A stretch of 62,288 nt of DNA, the filler included, from Perkinsus olseni (lineage: Eukaryota), in assembly GCA_013115125.1 (NCBI GenBank). It is 14 parts of 14 records of this genome, joined end to end, with 100 filler letters (N's around TTAATTAATTAA, not from the genome) between each part and the next. Parts side by side here need not be neighbours in the genome. Positions count along the whole stretch, not along the records: positions 1 to 4,413 come from JABANN010001279.1; positions 4,514 to 8,922 come from JABANN010001280.1; positions 9,023 to 13,428 come from JABANN010001281.1; 11 more parts are not named here. One strand, 5' to 3'. The notes under the pieces were generated by a model that saw only the letters and a program-made list of their open reading frames with translations, had not been told where the DNA came from and ran no database searches. A program made the position numbers and the translations under genes. This document shows positions 1 to 11,171 of this stretch, one piece after another. Within the stretch, counting starts at the first letter, position 1, and each line of letters opens with the position of its first letter.

Positions 1-303
1 ACTCCCGAGCAAAGTCCGTTACCAACATCCCTATCATGGCCAGCTCGCGAACCCGCAGCATGAATTAGAACAACTCAGTCGGATCATAGTCGAACTCGTC
101 GGATCCGAGATACGGGACACAGCACACAAACCGCACCACATGCACTCCCAAGTGAGCCGCGCACACGACACCTTCAGGTTCTCGAGAAACACGAATATCG
201 GAAACATTGAAAAGCATGCATTCAAGCTTCGATATGCTGTACAGCTCCCTCCCCCGAACCGAGCCGATCCATACTGAGCATGCCGAGAGCTGCTCGTAAA
301 CCC

Positions 304-3010
304 TCATCCTCGGGCAGGTAAACCTTGATGCCATCTTGCTGTGCTTGGGCCTCGAGCAAGCTGTACCGTCCAGCTGAGACAAAGCATCACAATCAACTTC
401 GCAGTAGCCGAGAGATGGTAATAAGACGATCTAGACAGACGAGAGCGAAATCTGGCGTTGCCGGCCTGTGAGCTTCTGAGTGTCTGGCCTACATACGCAC
501 TCAGAAATCCCGGGATAGTTCCCCAAGCTATCGGTCGCCTCGAATAGCCTCGTTCGTATGAGCCGTCCCTACTACATGCATAAAACTCTTCAGTGATCTG
601 CCGCACTTCCTCGGTAGATGGCGCTATGAGACGGTGGATAGGGATCTGCCGTTCTCGAAAACTGGGCACCAGGGCATCGGGGTACAGCTGTGTCCGGATC
701 TCGTCCTGAGGGCGGCAACTGAGGCTCCCGAGTAGCCAGGTGGGCATTACAATAAGCCGCCTTATCCCAAGGCCGAAGCGGGCGCTCGTACCCATAACGA
801 CAACCTCAGGGAAGCGAGCTCGGAGACGAAAATACAGAGAGTCCAGCTGGAAGAGGGAGTCCCTGAGGGGCACAAGTACGAAGCCTTTGCGTGTACCATA
901 GCAGAGCATGAATCATTGGGGGGAGGCAGTCCGGTAGAAGGAGAAAACGACCGAACCCGTAGAACGCTGGCGCTTAGCCGGAAAGTCCTCGCAGCTCCTG
1001 TTTTTCTTCAGATGAGCAGTGCACACAATCGCTGTCCCGTTACTACTTGTGTAGCATATCGCACATAGTGGCACAGACTATCCACTTCCTCTGCTCGTTC
1101 CAGGCCGTGTCGTGGTTCATCACCTCGTTATAAACGACCTCAAACTCCTTCAGCGGATCTTCGGACGCCCCACAACATCTCGACCTGCCGTCAAATGCCG
1201 CTCAAGGTCAACAGCAAAACTTGCGAGGACGACCACCACCCTTCGAACCCCGATCGAGAGTAACACTGCGCGCCCCGAGACGATTCATGGGTGACATCGA
1301 GGGAGATAGGGAACGGCCCCGACAGGAAACTGGCTACACTGGAGGCGGCTCACACTACCCTGGTTACACTACTACAGAGATGGCTAGTGTTTACACTCAC
1401 CCTTGCCCATCTTGATAACGTAGACCAGCAGCTTGGCTCGATACATATGCCGCAGCACTCGCAGCCCCCGGAGCCTATCCTCAGCCGCTCCCTCTGTGAT
1501 GCCAGGCAGGTCTGTGACTTTGTTATTCACGCCGTCACGGAATCGAATGACCTGTCGTTGGACTTCCCGGTCGGAGAACGGTAGAGCAGCACTACTCCCG
1601 CATGTGGTCGTGTTGTCGAGTACTCCTCCGGTCCAATCCTAGTCATCATTCGGCACACTGAGGAGGCAATGGAGCTCTTGCCACTGTTCGGCTTACCCGA
1701 CCGACATCAAGAGGGGTTGCAAGACAGCGGCAGCAACAACGCCTACCAGAGCGACATCGGTGACCAGCCTGGGCTCCAACTCTAGTTTTCTGCCCTGCCC
1801 TGGTGCCCCAAGACGACCGTCGTGCTTCTTGAAGCTGCTGTACCCCACTCCTGAGACCACCGCCCTGACCACGCATTCCCGCGAGACCCTGTGAGACCTC
1901 CTTTCTCTCCCGCGCATATTCGTATCATCTCCTTGTCGGCGAGGAACTGATAAAGGAACCTGCCGAACTCACGTGGCACCCAGTCTCAGGAGACGGCATC
2001 CTACCGAGACCGATGGACGCTACGATTCGCATCGGACTTGTGACCGGTCTTGACTCGCTCCCTGACGATCGTTCCAGGCGGGACATAGATTGTGCAGTCG
2101 TCACCGTGTATACCTGCCATCGCACACATCCCGGAATGGTAGGGCCGGGAGGATCTTCTCTCGACAACCTCTGTCTGTTACCTCTGCCGTGTGGGTTCAC
2201 TTGCCCTCCATCGCCACCGTTCTTGGCGTGGACCTGTATCACACCCGATAGCCTCAAGCCAAACCCCCTTTCCCCGACCTACCTCTTGCTTCACGCTGAG
2301 GAGGCTGCCAATCTGATCGGTGCAACGCATGAAGACATGTCCGCCGTGGCCGCCGTGGCCGCCGTGGCCGCCGTGGCCGCCGTACCCTGGACCCTTGAAG
2401 CCGTACGTCCTGGATGAACGTACCAGTATTTACCACTGACTTCGATGGAACACCACCAAAGGCCCTCCAGCAATGCAGCGATGCGAGGGCTCACCTCTTA
2501 GTCTTGGGTTTAGGGTCGCCTCCGCGGCCAGCTCGTAGATTCACCCACATCCGATCCACAAAGGGAACGTTGTGTCTGATGAGAACAGCCTCAGCCACGT
2601 AGCAGCTCACCAGGCCGCGCTGACCTCGGGAAGGACTCCATATCAGCCTTCTCCGTCACCGTCTCCAGCACACCATCGCCACCAGCTCCCTCCAGGGACG
2701 AGGGGGCCGAGGACAGGTCCCAAGTATTACCTGCCGAGCCCCTAGTCGGACCTACAGCTGCCACCGCTGTGCGAAGTCGCCTACCTGCCTCCATAGTGAA
2801 TACCTCCCCCCTACGAGTGACCGGTCGATCGACGAACTGAGGCTCATAGCCATCGCCGTTCTCCGCAGCATCAGCGGCGTACAGATCCGCCAGACTAACC
2901 ACACCGTCATTCGCGGATTCCCCCGTACAAAACCGCCGAGGCAGCTGTATACAAAACGTACGCCGGGGGAAGTGGTCCAGAGTCCGGGCCAAGGCCCCCA
3001 ACCGAATCAT
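304..3010 (-). CDS. Obg-family GTPase (mitochondrial MTG2/GTPBP5-like), multi-exon; 3' end uncertain
   Basis: Exons spliced by eye. Arg-rich presequence-like start MIRLGALART (ATG 3010). Obg fold: FVDRMWVNLRAGRGGDP, GPGYGGH..., IYVPPGTIVRE, ELEPRLVTDVALVG. G1 GKPNSGKS (~1675-1698), G2 YSTT, G3 DLPG, LRHMYRAKLLVYV, G4-position TMCD, G5 GTSARFGLGI. Short GT..AG introns lie between the blocks. Confidence 0.82.
2341..2383. repeat. 9-bp tandem repeat (CCGCCGTGG)x4+, part of a GGH x5 run in the Obg glycine-rich loop
   Basis: Read directly; the minus strand translates YGGHGGHGGHGGHGGHV. Confidence 0.9.
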
Positions 3011-3277
3011 CAACTGTGAACAGCACCCGCTGTCACCATCACTCACCGGCCTCACTGTCAACACAAGTCTCGTGTGGTCGATAGAGACATTGAGCTTCAT
3101 GAGCTCATAGGCAGCACATGCTAGGACCAGCGGACTTCCTCGCCTTCTCCTCTCGACGCCGTCGTGCCCCNNNNNNNNNNNNNNNNNNNNNNNNNNNNNN
3201 NNNNNNNNNNNNNNNNNNNNNNNNNNNNNNNNNNNNNNNNNNNNNNNNNNNNNNNNNNNNNNNNGAGTTTCATGAGC

Positions 3278-4401
3278 TCATAGGCAGCACATGCTAGGAC
3301 CAGCGGACTTCCTCGCCTTCTCCTCTCGACGCCGTCGTGCCCGTTTCTCTTTCCGTCGTACTGCCGCTTCGTCGTCCATCAGTCTGCCCTCCAACCACGA
3401 CCTACAGGTAGGGCGTGTCTTAGACCCCCTCCTGTGGAAGCTGCCGGGCCTACCGTGCAAACTCCGACCTCATCGAGGGGTCCAAGTACCCCAAGTCCCA
3501 GCTCGTTCCATTGGTAACTCGGTACTTCGCTCGCTTCCCGGAGCCGCCGCTCTTGGGAGGCGAATCCATATCTAGCCTCCACACGCATGTGCACAAGAAT
3601 ATCAGTGCCATCGCCGTCACGATGACCGCTCCCGCAAAATACAGCTTCGCTCCGCTAGAGTCCAACCCAATCGGCACCAGTGGACACAACACCCTATACC
3701 GCCCATCTACCTCGCACAGCTTAACATATACGGGGCCCGTATATGTATATCGGTAAGAAAGAAGAGCATCCCGGCTGGGCCGTATTACGCGCCCGAGAGG
3801 ATACGACCGATCCAGCGTGCCGAAGAAACCGCCGCTGCGAAGGAGGGAATTGGTGTCCTGCAGCAGGGCTTCCAACAGACGATACAGCCCCATAGGCAAT
3901 CGCTCCCTCTCATCATAGTGGACTTCCACCATCCTCTCCGGAGCAGGCTTCAACACGACACTCACCACCACGCGATCAGCCTCCGTAGGCGTGGAGCCTC
4001 GCGAGAGGAGCTCCATCTGGAAGCGTGTCGGGTCCGTGTTCAGGATGTCCGCCAGCTCGTATGCGAAGCGGTAGTTGAATTAGTCCCGGGCCGGATGATC
4101 CGGCCCGGATCAGATGCAGAGAGATTGTTAGAGCCTCTTGCTGTCAGCAGCTGAGTGTCCGTATCGTCACGTAAGGTCAGGCCGCGACCAATATGCCAAG
4201 ACGAAGAGGACTCTTCTTCGTCTCTTCTTAGAAGAGTCATGTCGCAGCGACATTGTCGCTAACTATGATGCTTTGGCGGGTCATAGCATGCGGCCCTCGA
4301 CCTTGCGCATAGTAATGAACACGCCAAGAAGGCTAACGAGCGATAAGGAAGGACCCACCTTATGCCTCGCTCGAATCGATACACACAGTACTGCTGCTCA
4401 T
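3278..4401 (-). CDS. Hypothetical single-pass membrane protein, probably spliced
   Basis: ORF 3450-4016 has a hydrophobic stretch LYFAGAVIVTAMALIFLCTCVW. A signal-like segment lies upstream (ATG 4401) and a basic tail downstream. No family recognised. Confidence 0.35.
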
Positions 4402-4413
4402 TATATGGCCCAT

Positions 4414-4513
4414 NNNNNNNNNNNNNNNNNNNNNNNNNNNNNNNNNNNNNNNNNNNNTTAATTAATTAANNNNNNNNNNNNNNNNNNNNNNNNNNNNNNN
4501 NNNNNNNNNNNNN
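4414..4513. other. Artificial contig spacer (N-run + TTAATTAATTAA + N-run, 100 bp). Repeated at 8923, 13429, 17929, 22403, 26875, 31327, 35774, 40217, 44638, 49059, 53471 and 57882.
   Basis: The same 100-bp spacer with an all-frame stop linker occurs 13 times. Contig lengths never increase (4413, 4409, 4406, 4400, 4374 ... 4311, 4307). Confidence 0.98.
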
Positions 4514-5222
4514 CTTGACAAAACCCTTGGGGAGTGCTCGGGACATACTCAGGACCAACCAACCGAGTAGAGGAGCACCGGTAGTACGCAATCTGCACCC
4601 ACAACATTAGTTAGGCTCTCGCACAGTTTGTGACACAAATTTTGTGCGGTACACTCTACGGCGGCGAACTTCACCGGGCGAAATAGTGGGTTTAAAATTT
4701 GAGCCTTCAAGCTCTCTTAAGACAACGGGAGAAAAGCGTATCCGACGTCGCGGGTACCTAGCGGGGTAATACCCACTGGGTATTCATCCCGAGCTTTGTT
4801 ATTATTAATTGTTGTCGTAGCCCAGACAGTACTTGAATATTACTCGAGTTATTCAATATATAACCTATAAAGCTCTTCTACTTCGCCACTGGTATGCTGC
4901 CATTCTCCTGTGAGGCCAGTCTCCATCGCTGTCGAGCTACCCTTGCAGTTTCCCTGAGTGGGAGCGCGCAAACTCGGCGAGAAGATCATCGCCTTTGAGC
5001 ACTACTTGTTTTCCGCAAGGGATGCTGAGCACTTTTTCTCGCGGACCTTCGTGCTGTGTCATCTCCATCGAAGGCTTAGGAGCCTTGGCGACAACGAGTT
5101 TCCAGTGTTTCCTGGGACGATATGATACTGAAACTTGTCAAGGTTTGACCAGCTACTTGATTCCATATCTCCACTCTGCATTTCTTAGATTTAGTTGAGC
5201 GATTCATCTCTCACCACGTGAT

Positions 5223-6313
5223 ATGTCAGTGATACGCATCTTGTCCTTAACGTCACTCGTCATCCCCGTTGAACCTGAACCGATTACTCTGCCGTTGACT
5301 AGCGGCCGCGTGCCTCTGTCTTTCGATGGTCAACCGCTCAACTTCGAGCTGGATTCTGGTAGCGCTATGAGTTTCGCTTTCTTCGGCCCATTGTACGAGA
5401 AAGCGTACGGCAAAGGTAGCTGCCAGAGGAGCCGTTATGGATGCTATGTCTCTCCCTCGGACAACCCTTGTGATGATATACTCTCGAGGGAGAGGTGGGA
5501 GGAAGAATTCCCTGACGGTGAGATTTACGAATACGTGGAGCACGCGGTGACACTCGCCGTCGGCAATCATACTATTGAGGGTTTCAAGGGCGGTTTAGTC
5601 GTGGAATATCCAGCGCATTACCGGAGAACTCCATCGGCCATGCTAGGCTTCTCGATCGGTGACGCCATCATTCCAGAAACGTTCTTGGAACAGCTCAAGA
5701 GGCGAAGGGTGATCACGACCCTCTCGTACTCGATCCATGGCGACGAGCAAGGACCAGATCTTTCAGGGATGCTGACGATCGGTGATACGAAAACACCTAC
5801 TGCTCCATACATAGCCCTCAGCAAGCGAGCATTTGCACGTGGAATCTTGGCGGTCCCGCAGGGTCGGGTGAGACTATTGGACTCTCTGGGAAATCAGGTT
5901 GCGAAACGGCGTAAGCGGGGCAAGGCCAAGCTCGCAGCCGTGGATATGGGAGCTATGTCGCTCTTTGTTTCCGAGGGAGACTTCGAGGATATCATTGAGA
6001 TGGCCTGGGAAGAGATGCGCAAAGATGAGGCGGGGTTGAGTATCCCGAAGAAAGGGCAGCTTCTGTGTGAGAGTACTTGGGTGCGTATGGTGAGGAAGGA
6101 GGCTCTTCCCTATTTACCAACACTGAGCTACAAAATCGGGAGCCCCCTAATACTATCGACATCAGAATAGAGCCGAAGCATTATATAAGCTCCTGTGATG
6201 CCCTATGCTGTCAAATGGATATTGATTCTCGTAGCATCGAAATAGACAGTCTTGGGCACCCGGTGTTCCGTGAGTATGACGTCGGCTTCGATTTATCCAG
6301 AAGGTGGCTCTGA
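5223..6313 (+). CDS. Pepsin-like (A1) aspartyl protease paralog 1, with a 1-nt frameshift near 6140-6148
   Basis: N-lobe LDSGSA, C-lobe VDMGA, LSYSI, GMLTIGD. The C-terminus IEPKHY...LGHPVFREYDVGFD lies in another frame (6077-6313). Colinear with paralog 2. Confidence 0.8.
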
Positions 6314-7107
6314 CTTCATCTCTGGTGGTGGGCCAAGCTCGACAGCTGGCCCTTCGACGGGGCACATCAGAAGCGAGTCGACAGGGCGAACAAAGAAGAA
6401 GCCGGCTCTCTTCGGGAGGTTCTTTAGGACAGTAAGGCAAGTTCGAGCCAGTCTTGTATGACCAAGTCTTGGAGGCCAAGCCCGTGTGGCTGATGTGTGC
6501 TCACAGCGCCTTCGAGCGATATGGCAGTGCTGCGTTGTAGTTCTATTACCGTGCGCGGAGCGAAAGGGATCCTGACCACAGTGTGGTCACCACACCGAGC
6601 TGTGTAGGAGAGTGGGTATGGGGTCGGGCAGTTCTCTACTGTCCTACTTCACAGTGCTGGCAACTGACCTCTAGTTGGGTGCTCGACTCTCGAACTTCGA
6701 CAGCGAACACCGGCTGCTGCCCAGCTGGTTGCTGAGCAACCAACTGGCTGTACTGCCATTGTGCTGACAATCCAATATGCCAGGATAGTTGGTGAGTTAC
6801 CTATCGGTTTGAGGCCGGTATCCGGACTCGACCTTGTCGCGTGTGATTGGGACAGTTGCTACGTGGCGGAACGCTCAGTTTGCATTGCATCTGTGTTCAA
6901 GATCATCTGGGAGTTCAAAAGCATGCACAGCTGTCGCCTTCGTCGAGTCACTATCACACGAGTGGGCGAGCGCAGTCTCAGCGAGACAGAGGGCCCAATT
7001 CGTGCGTGATATCTTTTCCGACCCGAGGCAGTTGCATTCCTCGAAGAATTCGATGTTGTGGCGTTGCTCTCGATAACGTTGAGGCCCTCAACTTGAGGGG
7101 CCCAAAA

Positions 7108-8304
7108 ATGGTACAGATCTGGAAATGTCCTTTGAAGCAGCCTTTCCTCAGTTCAGTTGAAGTGATTCTTTCATCACCAATCAGTCTGTTGAAAACCCTC
7201 CTCACGGGGGCACTCGTTTTCATCGCTGAACCTGAGCAGATTAGTCTGCCGCTGGCCGGGGGATACGTGAGTCTGTCCCTAGACGGTCAACCGATCGAAT
7301 TCAGTTTGGATACGGGCGGGGCCAGGAGTCTCGTTCTCTTCGGTCCCTGGTTCGAGTGGATACACGGCTACGGTAGCTGCCAGCGAAGCTTCTTCGGGTG
7401 CTATTTCTGTCCTCGAGATAAACCCTGTGGTGACATATTCTCGAGGAGAGTATGGACGGTACTTTACGGTGGAATTGAATCCTACTCATATGTGGAGCAC
7501 AGTGTGACTCTTGGCATCGGGAACCACGAGGTTCGGGATGTCAAGTTTGGACTGATCGTGGACTACAAAGGTGGATACGGGCAATTCCCTATGCCCATAC
7601 TTGGTCTCTCCCTCGGCCGCGCCAATATTCCAGAAACGTTCTTAGAACAGCTCAAGAGGCAACAAGTTATCGACAGCCTGTCGTACTCGATCTACGCTAG
7701 TGCGCTAGGAGATGGCATCACCGGAATTCTGACGCTGGAAGATTCCGTGCCCACTAGTGTTGCATACATTGGCTTCAGCAGGAAGAGCAGCTGCCACTCT
7801 GATGGGAAGATATCTGCCTCATTGTCACCACTCGGCCTCTTCGACTCCCATGGCAAAAAGCTGACGAAGCGCCATGATAGCGCAACCAACGAACCCGCCC
7901 TCGTGGATGCGGGAGCTTCATCACTGTATATACCTCCGAAAGAGTTCGAAAATATCATCAACGTGACCTGGAAAACCTTGAGGAGGGAGAGGGCGAGCTT
8001 TAATATCACTAAGAAAAGCGATCTCATGTGCGAGAGTGCGTGGACCAAGATGCTGAGAAGAGATGTTGTTCCCTATCTGCCTACCCTCGGCTATACAATC
8101 GGTGACGAGCCTCGAACGATGAGCATCAGAATAGAGCCGAAGCATTATATTCACTCATGCGACTCTCACTGCTGCCGAATGGATATCGATCCCGATAATG
8201 TTGGAATCACTCTCTTAGGCCATCCGTTCTTCCGAGCGTACGACGTGAGGTTCGACCTTACCAACAAACGGCTGTACTTCTCTGACAACGGGGAGAGCTC
8301 GTAG
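7108..8304 (+). CDS. Pepsin-like (A1) aspartyl protease paralog 2, intronless; start uncertain
   Basis: LDTGG, ILGLS, VDAGAS, LLGHPFFRAYDVRFD. Tandem paralog of 5223-6313. Confidence 0.85.
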   Translation: MVQIWKCPLKQPFLSSVEVILSSPISLLKTLLTGALVFIAEPEQISLPLAGGYVSLSLDGQPIEFSLDTGGARSLVLFGPWFEWIHGYGSCQRSFFGCYFCPRDKPCGDIFSRRVWTVLYGGIESYSYVEHSVTLGIGNHEVRDVKFGLIVDYKGGYGQFPMPILGLSLGRANIPETFLEQLKRQQVIDSLSYSIYASALGDGITGILTLEDSVPTSVAYIGFSRKSSCHSDGKISASLSPLGLFDSHGKKLTKRHDSATNEPALVDAGASSLYIPPKEFENIINVTWKTLRRERASFNITKKSDLMCESAWTKMLRRDVVPYLPTLGYTIGDEPRTMSIRIEPKHYIHSCDSHCCRMDIDPDNVGITLLGHPFFRAYDVRFDLTNKRLYFSDNGESS

Positions 8305-9078
8305 CCTGCCGTCTACTGGGTGTCTACAGCGTCAATCGATACCAAAGCCGCTACCCAAACGGGAAAGTAACGTTGCTTCATCGAGAGATTCTCTTGAAGC
8401 GACTAAGTATTAGAGATAGAGTCTCGCTGCTGCGCGAATCTACCCGCTGAGCCTAGTTGATGAATGTACGTAGATGATTTTACCTTCGGCGAAGTGGCAG
8501 AGCTGCGTTACAATCTCGTTAATTGAATGGGCTGGTGAGTCGTTGAAAAGAGAGCACCTTCATGACTGTACAGATGATGTCGCCCTGAGCAAGGGTAATT
8601 GTTCAATGTGAACTCAGGCTACGTTTTACAGTGCAGCCTACGTGTCAAAGTCAACCAAGCGTTGAGCCGACTACGTTGGCTCGGAGTGGTTTTTACACGA
8701 TGTGCTTTGCAGTGCTCACCCGCAAAAATTAGAATCTCAGTCTGTCACATCAAGAAGGCTAGAAGAATCACTCGACTAAGCTGATGTCTTTTCCCAGCTC
8801 TTCTTGATGGCCGTCTTTCTACTTCCAGGAAATTATTAAAGTGCTAAGCCATTCTGGGTACCAAGTCCACGGCAAAAAATCCGGGTTCCACCTCCATGGG
8901 TCGGTTTTCCCACCCATGCTCTNNNNNNNNNNNNNNNNNNNNNNNNNNNNNNNNNNNNNNNNNNNNTTAATTAATTAANNNNNNNNNNNNNNNNNNNNNN
9001 NNNNNNNNNNNNNNNNNNNNNNTATATTGTCTATAGGGAGCGAACTGTTCGCGCCACTCTGTGAGAAAAAGTTTATTA

Positions 9079-9150
9079 GTGTGAGTGGTATGGTGGTTAA
9101 GGTAGCGGACTCTCGATCGGAAGATCGCAGGTTCGAACCTATGTGCGGGG
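9079..9150 (+). ncRNA. tRNA-derived (Glu-CTC-like) Pol III cassette, not an intact tRNA
   Basis: A-box-like TGGTATGGTGG, loop CT-CTC-GA and B-box GGTTCGAACC at tRNA spacing. The acceptor stem does not pair. Confidence 0.55.
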
Positions 9151-9499
9151 ACTCCCTTACCAGGGAGGAAGTACAGTAGAGTGGCATTAACGGGCGCGAG
9201 AGCGCGAAAATTTAGAAAAATAGAGCAGGCCAGCTAGTAGACACGAATCGGATAGACTCTATCCGATAGAGGGTGCCACCCACTAGCACACTGGGAAGGG
9301 TCGGGGATAAGATAGCGGCAAAGCCGCTGAAGGTGTACGTGAGTAGAGTAACAAGCGGAGCTAATGCGGCCGATGCCCCCTCGAAGGGATATTAAAGACC
9401 GCAAGAGAGGAAGCATGTGCCACGAAAGGCGTAGAGGCGTGTAATAAGGTGGCACTACGAACCCCCGAGCGTGGGGGCCCCGGGAAGGAGTAGTCCCTC

Positions 9500-10986
9500 T
9501 AAGAGGGAACGTCCCTCAGGGAGCAACTAGGCCGAAGCAGACGTGTAGTAGTGGAGTAGGCAGGGAAGGAGAGAACCACGGCGTGTCGGGATCCCCCGCC
9601 GATAAACCGAGCAGCCGATAAGGCGCTCAAGGCCAAGCGAGGGAGCCCGGGAACCGCAAGTCCGGTCCGGCACAGAACCTGCGTGTCGCTACAGGTGGTG
9701 GTCAGCTGGGAAGTTGCAGGAGAACAGACCATAACACGGCGCCAAGGAAGTTCCCACAACGAGCAGAGAGTGTTGGCACAACACTGGGAACGTTGGGATC
9801 TGGCGAGTCACAGAGACCCGTAGCATGAGGTACGGCGCCGCCGTGACGGCGGTCCAAGCCTGAGTTAGTCGAGTCGAGTACAGACGGAGGCGCCAAGAAA
9901 CAAGCAGCGAGGAGGAGAGCACGGATCGTGCACGAGGGGGGAGGGGAAGCCAGAGTGGCGCGTGAACGTGACAGCGGGCCGCTGGCAAAGCACGAGGGAG
10001 CGGGGTAGTGTGCAAGGCACGACCCCTAGGTGAACGGAGCAAGGAGCAGTCCCAGCCTCGAGTACGGGCGGAGGCGCCAGGGATCCTGGCCCAGGGGACA
10101 CGCGCCGGGGAGAGGAGCACGGAGCGCGCACGAGAACCGTGAACGTGACAGCGTGCCACTGGCAAGGCACGAGGGGGAGAGGAAGTGTGCAAGGCACGAC
10201 CCCTGGGCAAGGCGCAAGGAGTGACGGAGGCAGTGTAGCAAGGCGAGACTCAACCGCAAAGGGAGTCGGAGGCCCAACCCGGCGCGTTATAGAAACTGTC
10301 TAGGACGCCCATTCTAAGAGAAAGGGAGCAGAAAGTCTACAGCGCAGCCGACAACAGAATGTCCGACACCAACTCGGCAGTTGAAGAAGGGGTCAGCCGC
10401 CTCGCTGGACGTGAATGGCGTAGCCGGGTGGTTGTGGGAATACGTTGCCGTGAACCACATCGCGATCCATTTCTCCCGAGTAGCCTCAGAAGCAAACCCA
10501 GCGGACAAGCCGTCCCGAGGCGAAGCTGAGGAGGCACACTGGGAAGAAGTGGCGTGTGTACCCCCGGCGTTCGTACTGGCGGGAGGCGGGTAGCACGACA
10601 GGAGGGAGGCAGAGTGCGCCAAATGGGAGCGTGAGAGTCCCGAGAGTCGTGAGAGACTGCAGGTGAGGGGGGTAGCACGATAGGAGGGAGGCAGAGTGTA
10701 CCGAATGGGAGCGTGAGAGTCCCGAGAGTCGTGAGAGACCGCAGGTGAGGGAGAGCCCCAAGGAGGAGAGGGCGGCGGAACAAGGTGAACTCCACCTGGC
10801 GGGAGCTGCAAACCAAGCTCGTGTCCGGAGCGACGTAGGTCAAAAACATCGACAGGACACCCGGCACTACCGTGCCAGACGCTGACCTCTCACGATGAAC
10901 GGCTCGGTGACGTACACCGCCCCGCACGCATACACACGATTGTCTCCTGCGGCGGACTACCGTGGATTTTCCTTCGACACACGGAG
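9500..10986 (+). mobile_element. Internally deleted DIRS/Ngaro-type element remnant
   Basis: 10381-10593 encodes a DIRS-type RNaseH C-terminus (IHFSRVASEANPADKPSRG, cf. VERVPSHLNVADKPSR at ~38450). 10841-10976 is homologous to the pre-YR region at 55320-55425/18545-18551. Internal duplications at ~9917-10030/10115-10208. Confidence 0.6.
10588..10751. repeat. Tandem duplication of an 82-bp unit
   Basis: 10588-10669 and 10670-10751 are near identical. Confidence 0.9.
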
Positions 10987-11139
10987 TGTATCGATTACTT
11001 AATTGGGAACTCAATACCCAAGGATAATAGGCAACAAGTATATAGAAGATAAGATAAGTGGTAATGGAACAGTGTAGTAGGCTATAAGTGAGCTAAGCTA
11101 AGATATCTGTATCATCACAGCTAACACAAGAGCATTACA
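10987..11139 (-). repeat. Candidate short 3' LTR (TGTA...TACA, ~153 bp)
   Basis: Starts ~30 nt after the integrase stop, behind purine-rich GAGAGTGGAAA. AT-rich. Ends where Ngaro-like host sequence resumes. No second copy in the window. Confidence 0.55.
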
Positions 11140-11171
11140 GTGTTTCCACTCTCGACGTTCGAGAGAAAGAG

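Noticed and set aside
4458-4469. TTAATTAATTAA recurring every ~4.4 kb
   Set aside because: It is an assembly linker inside N runs, not biological. ORFs containing X runs are artefacts.
6138-6151. The protease frameshift falls at CCCCT, resembling the Pro frameshift motif reported for Perkinsus mitochondrial genes
   Set aside because: This is a nuclear-type gene with other in-frame CCC codons. A 1-nt homopolymer loss explains it, and similar homopolymer shifts occur elsewhere in the window.
9689-10277. Several overlapping ORFs in GC-rich repeats
   Set aside because: Shadow ORFs of low-complexity duplicated sequence with no protein motifs.
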